Below are positions 1 through 11,810 of a DNA stretch of 64,000 nt, in pieces. A model generated the notes under the pieces. That model ran no database searches. It was not told the origin of the DNA and saw only the letters and a program-made list of their open reading frames with translations. Made by a program: the position numbers and the translations under genes. Source of the DNA: Trichoplax sp. H2 (taxonomy: Eukaryota); the NCBI GenBank assembly GCA_003344405.1, contig NOWV01000106.1:124001-188000 (forward strand), written 5' to 3'. The stretch's first letter is position 1. Each line of letters opens with the position of its first letter.

Positions 1-14
1 TTAGCTTGGATTAC

Positions 15-1112
15 TTTTCGCTAAGACCAATAATTTTGTGGAAATCGTCAAATTTTTCAGCTACTGCTACCATAGCCTTAACACCAACCTGAATAATTAA
101 TGAATCTTGATTATCGTGGTATGAAAGCAAGTAATTGCATAAGCTATTGATTAAATACTGTATTATGTATCAAGTTATTGATGGCTAGCATATTGGTTAT
201 TTCTAGTCGAAGCATCCAGCATTGGAGCTATTCGATATCTACTCTATACCAGCTATGATACAATATCCAACTTTTAACATCTACCAGAGATACTAGAGAT
301 ATTATGTAAATTAAGCTGGCTCCAGTTGACATTGTACTGTAAAATAGTCTCTATTCTACGCTGAAATACTCATAATATTAGTGCTAGTGTACGATAAATA
401 TACATGTATTAAGCAAGCAGAGAGTGGGTCGATCGACTTTTAGTCATACCGTCTTGGCCTCAACGATAATTTTATCCACATCCTATATTATTTCAATTAG
501 AATAATATAATTAGCAAATACGAATGCTCTAAGCGCTTGATATGACGTTTTATTGACGTATATACTCGTATAGAGGTTTATGTATTGACAACTTTTTACA
601 ACAGTGATGGATGATCTGAAGTAGTAAGATCTCGTCAATATACTACATAATCATCTAGCATTACTATTGCAGTAATAAGTATCTAGTTTGTGTGAGTAAA
701 CCTCATATTTAGTTTACAGTTTCAATTCATTTAATTAATGCGATAAATCGGTAACCAAATTGCTCATTTACTTGGCATTCTACGTTATACCGTACTATGA
801 TGCTTTTCACTCAATAGATATTATCGCATAATCAATTCATTTATCTAATCTAACGCTATATCATTTGTATTTCTAATGAGCATAATCCATATTATTGTGT
901 GAGCTATACATGTACTCATTATAGATAAAATTTAGGTAATAAAAGTCATATTTCAGTTTTCTCTGTGCCATCGAACCGTTTATTTTTACCAGCTAGTGTT
1001 TAATTAATTTATTAACTTGCTATCATTTAGCATTACTTATACGTATATCACTCGCCTCATTAAATTCATCATCACTGATATGGATATGGGCATCTATCAT
1101 GATTCTTTCCAT
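15..1112 (-). CDS. TATDN3: TatD-family deoxyribonuclease TATDN3, first three coding exons (1112-1056, 482-450, 88-15); gene continues beyond the left edge
   Basis: Spliced translation MERIMIDAHIHISDDEFNE|DVDKIIVEAKT|VGVKAMVAVAEKFDDFHKIIGLSE. Has the TatD N-terminal D-x-H-x-H metal motif and matches the TATDN3 pattern (DCHCHLS..DF..DLDDVL..A...V.ALVAVAE...F.KI..LSE). Phases are consistent; intron 1 needs a GC donor. Confidence 0.88.
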
Positions 1113-2029
1113 CTGAGATCAGCAAAATGTCAACAATTTTAACAGAAGTCAATCCAAGTTGTATACTATATTAAGATAATCTAGCTGTGGATTTTTTTAA
1201 TTGATGCAGATTATGTTCTATTCATTTGAACGGGTAGTTTACTAATGTAGCTATCTATAATTAAAATCAATGAACTAACTTAAAATATTCACAGCTAGAG
1301 AAGCTGCCTTAGTCTAATGGGAGCGAATAAACTGTACTTGGTGACGTGAGTAATACAGTATAATCAACCAACTAATTAGGATATTAACGAAGAGCAATTG
1401 AGGAGAGTTTTGGTCTGCAAGTTGAGCTCGACTGTTGTAGATCTACTAGATGCTGTAGGTATTACTTTGCAGTGGAGAGCACTACAGTCCGTACGATTGT
1501 GATAGACACAACTCAAGAGGTTTAATATATCCCGTAGATGAGCGTTGAGTAGATACCCCTCATAGTAGCTTACCGATGGATATTGGACATACACGTACTG
1601 TATACGCAAAAATAAAAGGTTGAAAACTCTGTCCATGCAAAATTGGAAGGAATCAGCTGTTCTAAAGCATTTACGCGTATATGAAATGAGAAAGAATTAT
1701 CACTAGCAAGAAGCAATTTGGTTTCTTATAGCAGGCACAAAAGGTGCAACTGTCAGATAGCCTAATCGCCAATATCGTATAGTCGGTATACTGATCCATT
1801 TCGCCGCAGCATTCGCTTAGGATTGCATTAACTGCAGTTAAAATTGGAAGTAAATCTGTGCCGGAAAAGCTACTCGTAAATTCAGGTGTCGCTGAGAAGA
1901 ATCCCTTGTAGCTATAATATATAATCTACGAGACAGCCAGCAAAGTAATATTGTACTATTACGGACTACGTTATTGCTATTTGGTCTCTTACCGTTGCTT
2001 GCAAGGATTTATATTGAAGTGCTTGAAAT

Positions 2030-4654
2030 ATGTCTGAGGACCCTGAGGTTGACGATTATATGTCGGACATATATCTAAATGAGGCTAACAATTCTGATGC
2101 ATCTCGACTAACAGAGTACACTAGGAAGAGGAGGATTGAAGAAGAACAAGCTCATCTTAAAAGTCACCAGAATCGAATGAAACCGTTGAAAGTGTTACAA
2201 GCGGAGAAACGAGAGGAAGTTTTAAAGAAGGCCATTGGAACTGATAATAAAGGATTTAAGTTGATGGCCAAGATGGGTTACAAAGTTGGTGATGGGCTCG
2301 GTAGAAAAGGTACTGTGCAAACTTCTACTTGTATAGTAGGTATTATTCCTGTTGTTAGACAGTATTCTTCTACCTTCAGCAATATTTCGAAGCTACATAT
2401 TACTCTGGTATAAAAAAGAAAAAGAATTCACTGAGGTACATGATCGATATTATTTCTTGCAGCTTGAATACGATTATGTTGCAAAATCATGTACCTCAGT
2501 GATACGTATAATAGAATTAGTGAATGGATAATAAATTGAGCATACAAGTGCATAGTAGTTTGCATACATCATGCAATAAAGTTTTCTTGTTGTCTGCTCT
2601 TTCTTTTTATTCTACACCATATGCAGTACAATTAATTTACTCTCGGTAAAGTGATGCTATTTTAAAATAGTAATAGTGTCCAATGGCTGCTCTCTTCAGT
2701 ACTGAACAACAGTTGAAGTTGAATTGTACTGAGTACATTGCAGTGCAGTTTCATTGCTGTTTTAGAATACAAATTGTGAAAAGAAAAGACTCCTTTTACA
2801 CTCTACTTTCTACCCTTTGGAAACTACTGTAGTTTAAAGTAGTTTGGAGTTTTGATTAATACCCGTTTTTAAGCGTATACCCTTATACGACCGACTCTCT
2901 ATTTTTACTTGTTATTGTACTGTAAGTGACAATCGTAATTGATGATTGTTGTTATAATATATACCGTGACTTATATATTCGTACATATAAAAATATTATA
3001 TAATGATTCAAGCTATAAAAAGAAAAAGATTCTTTGGCACTCTCGTAGTTGATAGGAGATTACAAAGCAGTGTTGAACACTAACTTAGAGGCTGGATTAA
3101 TTACTTAGTAGCATTCTTATCAGCAACGTAGTTTATTGAGCACGATTAATTATGGCGTAGACTACTAGACGTGTTTATGGTTATTGATTGAAGATTTGGA
3201 GCAGTGTTTAACATTAAACTAGAGGCTTGATTAATTAACAGTATGATTATTAGTAATGCAGTTTACTAGGTACGATTTGTTGCTATTGATATTCTACAAT
3301 ATCATGTTCTATGACACTGAATTGAACTAATTATAATTCATTTCATGACAATTACAGCAAATGGAATAGCTGAACCATTGCCGATAAATATTAAAGGAGG
3401 TATGTAACTACTTGGTAATTTTTAACAACGACACCACAGAGGGTTAAATCAGTTTATTCCATTATGGAAATATCTAGTGATGCATACATATTACGAGGTG
3501 CGTTATATGAATTTTATCGGCTATCCTATTTTATAACAACTGAATTATACCCATTAGATCGAGGTGGAATAGGTAAAGATGAGGAAAAAAATAGAAAACG
3601 AAAATTACAAGAAATACGACTTCAACAATTGGCCAAAAGGAGACAGTTAGTAGAAAAAGAGCGAGCTGAAAACTTTCGTGAACTTATTCGTTCGAAACGC
3701 ACGCAACAGCGTGCTAAGCATGATTTACGAAAAGCGCAGCTGGCTTGCCAAAGATTAGATGAAAGCAAGGATTTAAATTATGTAAAACCATGGTACTGGT
3801 TAATTGAAGATGATGAAGACGAAAAAGAGCAATGTACATTAGAAGATGATGCTGAAGACACAGCTACGGTATAGCTCGTATTTGCTGTCTATTTCATTCG
3901 TTGTTGATTATAGTAATAATGTTATAAATTACTCTGTACTTAGAAATTCATCATATGCGTTTTACTAATTACTGATAAAACGTAGCTTTCATCATGATTT
4001 TATCGGTAATTAGGAAAGAAAAATGTTTAACTGTATTCTTATTTCACATGCAGTTCTCCGTATTATGGTGATCAATTTTGACTTAAACGCTAAACTATAA
4101 CGCCATTGAAGTATACTACAGGTTAACTGTGCTTGTTTTAATAGTTGAAAATTATTATTTTTAAAAGGAATTCGAAAGGCTAGTAGAACTCAACCAATAC
4201 TTAAGAAGCAAATACCACTACTGCATATGGTGTGCTACAACTTACGATGGTATGTACTATATCTAAGCGTTTATGTTGATAACAAAATAGCTAAATTAAT
4301 TATAGCTAATCATGAATCATTGTTTATGGTATAAAAAATATATGCCTTAATTTCTGATATTATTAAAGCTTACTCTGTCCGATATACAATCCTAACCCTA
4401 ACTCTATGTACAGTATACAGTCTTATAAAATGCCATAGTATCGTAATACGCGTATTATTAACTTGGAGTACTAAAAGAAATTGTTATTAACCAGTCTCAT
4501 CAATTCATATCGTAATACGAAATAATGGGGTGTACTATCGAAGGTAAATGCAGTAGTATTTTGCTATTATTTCATGCTTTTCAAACTTTATCTTGCAGAC
4601 TCTGATGATATGGATAATTCGTGTCCTGGCGATTGTGCGGAGGATCATGATTAG
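2030..4654 (+). CDS. GPATCH11: G-patch domain protein 11 (CCDC75); exons 2030-2309, 3358-3399, 3558-3868, 4168-4249, 4599-4654
   Basis: N-terminal DDYMSD; G-patch NKGFKLMAKMGYKVGDGLGRK..GIAEPLPINIK..RGGIG; C-terminal DUF4187-type YLRSKYHYCIWCATTYD...CPGDCAEDHD*. All introns GT-AG and in phase. Confidence 0.93.
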
Positions 4655-5319
4655 TTTGGATAGAAATAGATCGACAAATGCTTGATAAATCGAATTGATG
4701 TATTGATCACATGTAAATAAAATAAGCCGCAACAATTGGTGTATATGTTATATTAAATAGAGAATGCAAGTGCGCTCTGTATAGTTTCATATATTTAAAG
4801 TTTGTTTTACTACTTTGTATATGATAACACTACTTTTCTCATAGATTTATGAAAGATCTTGTTTTAGAGTTGTTAACTTGAAGACGTGTTTAATGCTAAA
4901 ATCATTGTATAGGAAATGTATTTATTGAATATTTCAATTTTAAAAAGCAATGTATTGTAATTAGCAAAAAAAAGACATGTAATCAACATGTTTGGCAATA
5001 AAATTATTTTGATACAATTGATATGTTACACCGTAGAGGCCTTTTCCTTTATCTGTACGTGTTAAACTGAGGCTCTAGTAACGTTTGTCATTTATTAATA
5101 ATTGACTAGCTTATTTTACGAAAGTACAGATGGGCATTGAAAGATTACATATTAAAAGTAAATCCTTACCAATTATGCAGAAGTTGTCATAAATATCGAG
5201 AGTTACATTAGTTACTGCCATAAATGGTATTTGAATTTCAATAGAGTATTTTATTAATATATCTACAGTAGGGATGTCGCTATAGATAGTATATCTGACT
5301 GTGAATAAAAATACAGCAA

Positions 5320-7647
5320 TTATGATAAAAGTGACTTCATTAATGATCTATGCTTTTTCAATTTTTTCTCTTCTTTTAATTTTTGAACTTGATCTTGGGG
5401 TAATTTTCGTTTCTTTTTTATCTTTTGCTTTTCATTGACAGAAATTTCATTTAGAGTATTTGGATCGAAGTAGTGTGCCATTTGTCGGAAGTCACGATCT
5501 GATGGAAGACCCTTGCTAGTCCAATGTTGATCGTCAGACATTTTTTGAAATCTACCAGTAGAGCTATTAAAGAAAGCACTAACGGAATAATCTTTATACT
5601 CTGTCGTGTAGCTTGATTTTGATTTTGATTGGCTCTGTGATTCGCTAACAGTTGTTTTAGCATTCGCTGACGATTGCTGTTGAGCTGTATTTTGATTCAT
5701 CATAGAGTAGTAATTCTGCCAGTAGGCATAGTAATCGGCGTAGGACGATAGTGCATTTATGTTTGCCGTAGTATTATCAGCCTGAATGATTAATACGTTA
5801 ATTATAAAATTATTATTGCAATGATTATTTTTACATATATTGTAAGTATTTGGATACGATATCAGAAAGTAATACTAACTGCGTCGGGCAACTTTTGGTT
5901 GGCATGAGCAGGATTTGCTGTATCTCCATCCACATTCTCGTTAGTTTTCCCAACAGCATCTTTTACATTTGCAGTATCAGATTGGACTGAATTTACGGTA
6001 GACGGCTGTGCTCCATATTGATGAATATATTGATAATACTGGTAGTATGTGTTATAATCAAAGTTGGTTGCATCAACTTGACCACTTTGAGCAGTATCAC
6101 TTTGGTCGCTTGATTGTGCAGACAAGCTTTTAGATAAATAGAATGTCAATACAATAACATTAATTTAAAATAATTGCATATTACTATTATTGCATGCAGA
6201 TACAAATTATTACTATTTACAATTTCGGCAGTGAATCATGAAGTTGTTAATTTAACAGTCAAGTAATTTTGACGCAGAAAAATTGAATAATACAATTTTG
6301 TCCTGTCATGCACTTTATAAACATAAACTATTCACGCTACCTAAAGATAAGTAAGTGCAATTTTATGTCTATTTTTCGTAATTATCAATCTTCTGAAATT
6401 TTCATTCGATTTTATTAGCAGAAATCTTTATTACTAAAGTTAATTTCTAACCCTTTTTCTGCGCTATCCAGGTTAGCTTTGAAGATTGATTGCAAGCTAT
6501 TCTTTGACCAATCGAGATTAAAACCATAGCCGCACGAACGACATTGAAATGATGGAATTTCATTGGAGTCTTTTATAATACAACAAACAGATTTAAGTTA
6601 AGAAACAGATTGGACCTTGATGAAATTGTAACTAGAACTATGCTGAAGTATAATGATCGTATCTGAAGTTAACGTTTTGGAGAAAATGAACTAATACAGT
6701 ATATTTAGTTAGTAATTCCTCAATTTTGAATAACGTCATTTCAATGTTCAGTGAGGTCAAGATAGCATCCTCTACATATCTCGTATGTTATATACTGTAT
6801 ATTATTCACTATCATGCACTGATTGGCAGGCCAGGGATTTTTAAAAATTGAAATTGGATCTCAAGTCATCGCGTGAGTGCGATATTTGATTCCACCTATT
6901 GGAGTCTGGTCCAAAACTGGAATATGCTAATATTACGATGTAGAGTGAGCACTGTTTTGGAGTATTTCAGTATGTGCAGATTATAGAATAGAGAACGTAA
7001 TAACTTTTAATTTTATTGCGAGGATTTCAGTTCTATTTTCGTTTTCTTTCTCATTAGCAATGAAATATAGTAAATCAGCTCCAAAATTCGATCATCTTAC
7101 CTCTATCTTCAGGTACTTTATAAGCAAGGCCTAACTTTAGCAGGGACTCAATAATATCGGGTAAATGGTCATTGTTGGTAGATGAGTCTAATTTGGGTGT
7201 ATCTGTCTCTATTTCCTCTTTTAAAGCAGCTGCATCGTTGTTCTCGATGTCCTTGTCAGTTTCATTCTTGTCTTGTTGTTGCGACTTATCATCGGACAAC
7301 GTTGTTGCTGCTTTTCCATCTTCACTTTGCTCCTTGCGGTGGTTCTCCGACAACGGACACGTAGTGGATTGATTGGAATTTTCCTCCAAGTTCAATTCTG
7401 TTGGTGACTGTCTTACTTCTTTCTTGTTCTCGTCATTCTTGACTAATACTATATACAAGATATCACTGGAATGGCAGTAAGGGCAATGACCATCATAGGA
7501 TATAGGATAGCTCATCATCGATTGCCGACATTCGTTGCAGGCCCAATGGAGAGTTTCTGCTTCTGCAGCTAGTAACCAACGAGACGAGAGATTCAAATAA
7601 GCGCGCAGTCTGAAACATATAGCAGATTGCGCTGTCAGCAACGCCAT
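5320..7647 (-). CDS. Uncharacterised protein: CxxC pairs, acidic/low-complexity linker, Tyr/Gln-rich segment and basic C-terminal domain; exons 7647(or 7518)-7101, 6569-6452, 6126-5880, 5781-5320. May instead be two genes, with the first stopping at 6415
   Basis: Three GT-AG introns join four open segments with matching phases (1, 2, 0). Motifs CNEC, CPYC and CRSC; C-terminus YSVSAFFNSSTGRFQ..HWTSKGLPSDRDFRQMAHYFD..KKKRKL..KLKEEKKLKK. Confidence 0.6.
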
Positions 7648-8140
7648 TGGTCTGTCTCTATGCGGTTATCTCGCTTTCATGTCTACAGTCTACAGTATAC
7701 ATGCGCAGTATGGCGTACTGTACACTGTACACCAGCCCTTCGCTCGGACAGACGGACTTTTCCTGCTCTGTTAGCAACACCACTTAATTAATTAACTCGG
7801 TTTTATTACGTACAGTACTGTACGACTCCCCTCAGACAGACGGACTTTTCTTGCTCTGTCAGCAACGCCACTGGTCTGTCTCTCTACGGTTAACTCGCTT
7901 TCATGTCTACAGTCTACAGTAATACATGCACAGTATGACGTACTGTACACTGTACACTGTACACGATCACTTCCCTCAGACAGACGGACTTTTCTTAGAA
8001 TGCCACTGGGCTATCTCTATGCAGTGAACTCGCTTTCGTGTCTACAATATACAGTACTGTATTTACAGTACATTGTACAGTATGTTATGTACTGTACACG
8101 AGAGACCCTCTATCACTCCCCTCGGACAGACGGACTCTAC
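7632..8140. repeat. Degenerate tandem repeat, about 4 units of 85-145 bp, in the divergent intergenic region
   Basis: Recurring CAGACGGACT(TTTC) near 7750, 7837, 7981 and 8127; recurring CTCGCTTTC(A/G)TGTCTACA and GCAACGCCA(T/C)TGGTCTGTCTCT. Confidence 0.85.
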
Positions 8141-9319
8141 TAACCAAATGAGGCCGTAAAATATCGAAAAATACTTCCTTGCTGTTACTACTGTAGACTG
8201 TGGGTAGACCTGTCTGTAGGTATGGATCTTCCGCATCTGTTTTCTAAATCACTGGAACTAATTCAAATAACATCTACGATCTTGTAGAACTGTTTCCAAG
8301 TAGAAATACTAACAAATAATAAGATTTAACGAAATATTACTTAATTTAGAAAAAATCAGTCAATTTAACATCGATCGATCGTTTACATACTAAAGTAATA
8401 TCATAACGAGGTGTTTGGTACAATAGTTTGACGCGATGAGGCCAATGGTGTCTGTCTGTCCAAGACAGGATGGAAAACTGGCTCAGTTGTCCTGGAGTAC
8501 AGTACTGTACTACACTACACTGTACTGTAGACTATCAGTAGCTTGTACTGTACACTGTACTGATAGAAAATCAATCGAACCCGTAAATGGCGGGATCTCA
8601 TCGGACAGCCTGATCAAAAATATACAGTAGAAGACCATTTCAAGACCTTCTACAACGTCAAACTTTTGACAAGATCAAGCTATTTAAAGTCTTTTGCCTA
8701 GTAATCTGGTATGTCAAGTTATGAAGCATCACACTCTGCTTTTACTATTTATTTGGCTAATCTATTGATTAGAAATTGGTAAAATGAAGTGTATAGAACT
8801 GTTGAACAAGATGAATAGATGATATTTCGATTTATTTGCAGCACCCTTGTCGGTGTTTATGGATGAATATTGGTAAAAAAGCGAAAAGTGGCTCAATAGT
8901 GTCCATTGATTGACATACAACAAGCAACAGGATTGGATCTTTCATTGATGTACTTTACTATGATATAAGTCTACCTATGGTGTCTTGTTTTTACTCTTAA
9001 TAATTCAAGCTCTTGGGTACAACAGGTAGGTAAATGCTAAGTCGATCGAAAAGCTGTGAACGCATACGAGCATATTATTATTGATAGACGTGCTTAATGA
9101 TACAGCATAAGAATTTCATAGGCAGTAAAACTTGATGATATACATTAGCCGAAAGTTATCTAATAAATGCTAATTTACCTGCACAATACTTTTGGCCATT
9201 GTTGTTAACTATTAGTAAGACTAGTAGAGTATTGTAATCATACGGTAGAATAGTCTACTACATATTCATACAGTATACAATAATCCATTTCATTTTCGAA
9301 ACAGAACTAAAGACGGAAC

Positions 9320-11029
9320 ATGGAATCGTCCGTAAATAGCCTGGATATAAACAGCAAACATATCGTAATGCAATTGTTAGACTCTATGACAAAATTGCTT
9401 GATAACAGCATCCAAAAACTCAACCTAGACGATGACAAGAAGAGGAAATTATCCGAGGTAAATTGAAATACTGTACTATCCTACATTACGAAAGCAGGGT
9501 AATATCAATGTTGTTCTACGGTAATAGTATTGGATGCTATCGTATGTATCATTCATTATTTACAAAAGTACTTTATCATTGAACTTAATCTTATCTTTTA
9601 TATTGTACCTAGACTTGCAAATAATTTCAATTTGATATCCTTATCGATGATACATTTTTTTATTTTGTCAAATAAATCATACTGACTAATCTGGAATCGC
9701 TTTCATTGATTACTACTAGACTCTGATCGACTCTATCAGTAAACGCTTCAAAGCTAGAGTAAACATTGATGGCATCCCATGGGACGAACACCCTAGCAGC
9801 GGTAAAAAATCAACTCGCTCTTATACGATCAATAGTAATATTGCCCCAATATCTTTTTATTCTTGTTTGTTTAACTCTTTGATAAATATGATAGGGATAG
9901 ATATAAATCAGTATTTCAAGCTAGACTGAAATTTACAAATATTACAAGCTTTATTCATTATTAAAACATGGATAATAATTCTACTGCACTGTAGGCGTAG
10001 GAAAGTAGGAATATTGTAGTACCATTTTGTAGCTATACTGTCTGTATCCATTATGCAGTACGAGTATTGTTATGGTATACTACGCAACTACGTTCAATAC
10101 AAGTTACAGTTAGTACGGCAGTACATATCGAAGAAGGACTCACAATTGATTATGCAATAATTTTTTGCCCATCGACTGTACTTTTGATGTAAAATCGTTT
10201 GGCTTTGCTATATATGGCAAAAGAGGAATCTATTGATCAAGTATGGGCAAATTTATTACAACAATATCTCAGTTATGAAAAAATTGAAGAAGCAAATGTA
10301 GCTGATCGCCAATCTCGGCATCAACGTGTTGCGATCCTTTTGCACGACTTATTTCAGCTTCGAAGAGCTAATATGGTATGATTTTATAGTTCAGACTGGG
10401 TGACATACACATGTTTTTGATCGATCACATGTAATACAATCCATCTTCATTAAAAACTGTAATTGACTATAGCTCTAATTAATTATTATCCTATAATATC
10501 GGTGAACCCTGTAGGAAAAATATGAACGAATAGAATTAATAGCTAAAATCGTACAACCTGACGATTCTAGTAAAGGTAATTATAACCCTATGATACTTCT
10601 GGTTTTTATTCTGCTGAATATTTTTAATATAGGGTTGCTAGTTAATTTCTAAACGACTAGTAATTTCGATAGTTTTTGCTCGATATCCATATCATAACAT
10701 GACTTATTTTTTATTTTCGTCAATTGTTCCTGTGACCAATAGAACCTATCTTTGATGTGGAAGAGTTCGTAGAACTTCCGCAACGATTAGAAATCCTGCA
10801 TCAGGTAGGTTTTAATAAATTAATACTTTGCCTATAATTGTAACTTTTAAAGTATCATTGCATTTTAATCACGAAACTTTATACCATTTGACTACCGTGC
10901 AATGAAATAATAGTCTTTAGAAGAATTATTTATATTTTAAATGCTGCGTCTTATGACTTTGATTAGAGATTAACAGACGCGAAGCAAAAGTTGAAGATAT
11001 TACGTGAAAGAGAAGAAGCACTAAAATAA
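9320..11029 (+). CDS. NSL1: NSL1/Mis14-like kinetochore (MIS12 complex) protein, ~185 aa; exons 9320-9457, 9720-9801, 10224-10375, 10515-10575, 10743-10804, 10967-11029
   Basis: Six exons with GT-AG introns in consistent phase. Helical protein with F...VNIDGIPWDE resembling the Mis14 motif (NISINGQAWQE in human NSL1). Proximity to TATDN3, the human NSL1 neighbour, supports the call. Gene model is firm; identity is moderate. Confidence 0.6.
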
Positions 11030-11810
11030 TTTTGAATAGATACATTTTAGATTAAAATACAGTTTTCATGTAACTAAAATTATAAGTACTCGTCTTCAGA
11101 TGATGAGCACTATCTATTTCTAGAGCATCCAGTATTTTATTTTTCATTTCCTCAAGTTTACTACTACAGTGGAAATTTCGTGTTTGCCTACTCAGTATTG
11201 CAACCTGTGGGTATACTTTATCCTATATTAAGCGTATATTAAAATTTTGGTGTCTGTGAAGTGGAGCATGGATTAATTGCAAGCTAGCTGTAAATATACT
11301 GTATATATATACATGTATAATATTATAAGTCATCAATTGAAAACCGTGATGCATTGTTAAATCATTATAATGAATTATAGTAATCATGCAATCTTTATTG
11401 CAAAAAAATAATTGATCCTCTATAGCACTATAAATATTGTTTTAACTAAGAGCAAACCCTTTATCAAAATTTTATCATAAAGTCTTGCAAATTTAAACAA
11501 TGCGTTAACAATTTCCTGTATTGCCGTATCATGAGTATGGATTAGAAATAAAATATCTAACTTAGCACGTCAAATATCTAATCAAGACTAGTCATAACTT
11601 ACTAAATGAACGATTTAGCACAGTTTCGGTCAAGTGTCGAGAAACGTCATTATGAAATGTCATACTTACAGCAACAATAAATTATGCATGTTATCTTATT
11701 GCTTGATACAGTAGTCGTTACGACTGATTTTTAGGGTAATAAATCAATTATATGCAACGGTGTAACAGGTATATCTCAGAATGTTGTATACAGACTGTTG
11801 TAAAATATAA

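Noticed and set aside
11-13. Apparent TAA stop making TATDN3 a 55-aa truncated pseudogene
   Set aside because: The TAA lies within a GTAA splice donor (AA|GTAATC); the gene most likely continues in exons left of the window.
536-621. Box C/D snoRNA-like motifs (TGATGG/ATGA...CTGA) in a TATDN3 intron
   Set aside because: They are antisense to the host transcript, box C is imperfect, and I could not identify a guide complementarity.
1376-1636. 86-aa minus-strand ORF between TATDN3 and GPATCH11
   Set aside because: No recognisable motifs or splice link; likely 5' UTR or promoter sequence of the divergent pair.
2432-2440. let-7-like seed (TGAGGTA) in the intronic hairpin arm
   Set aside because: Similarity stops after seven bases and the rest does not resemble let-7; expected by chance.
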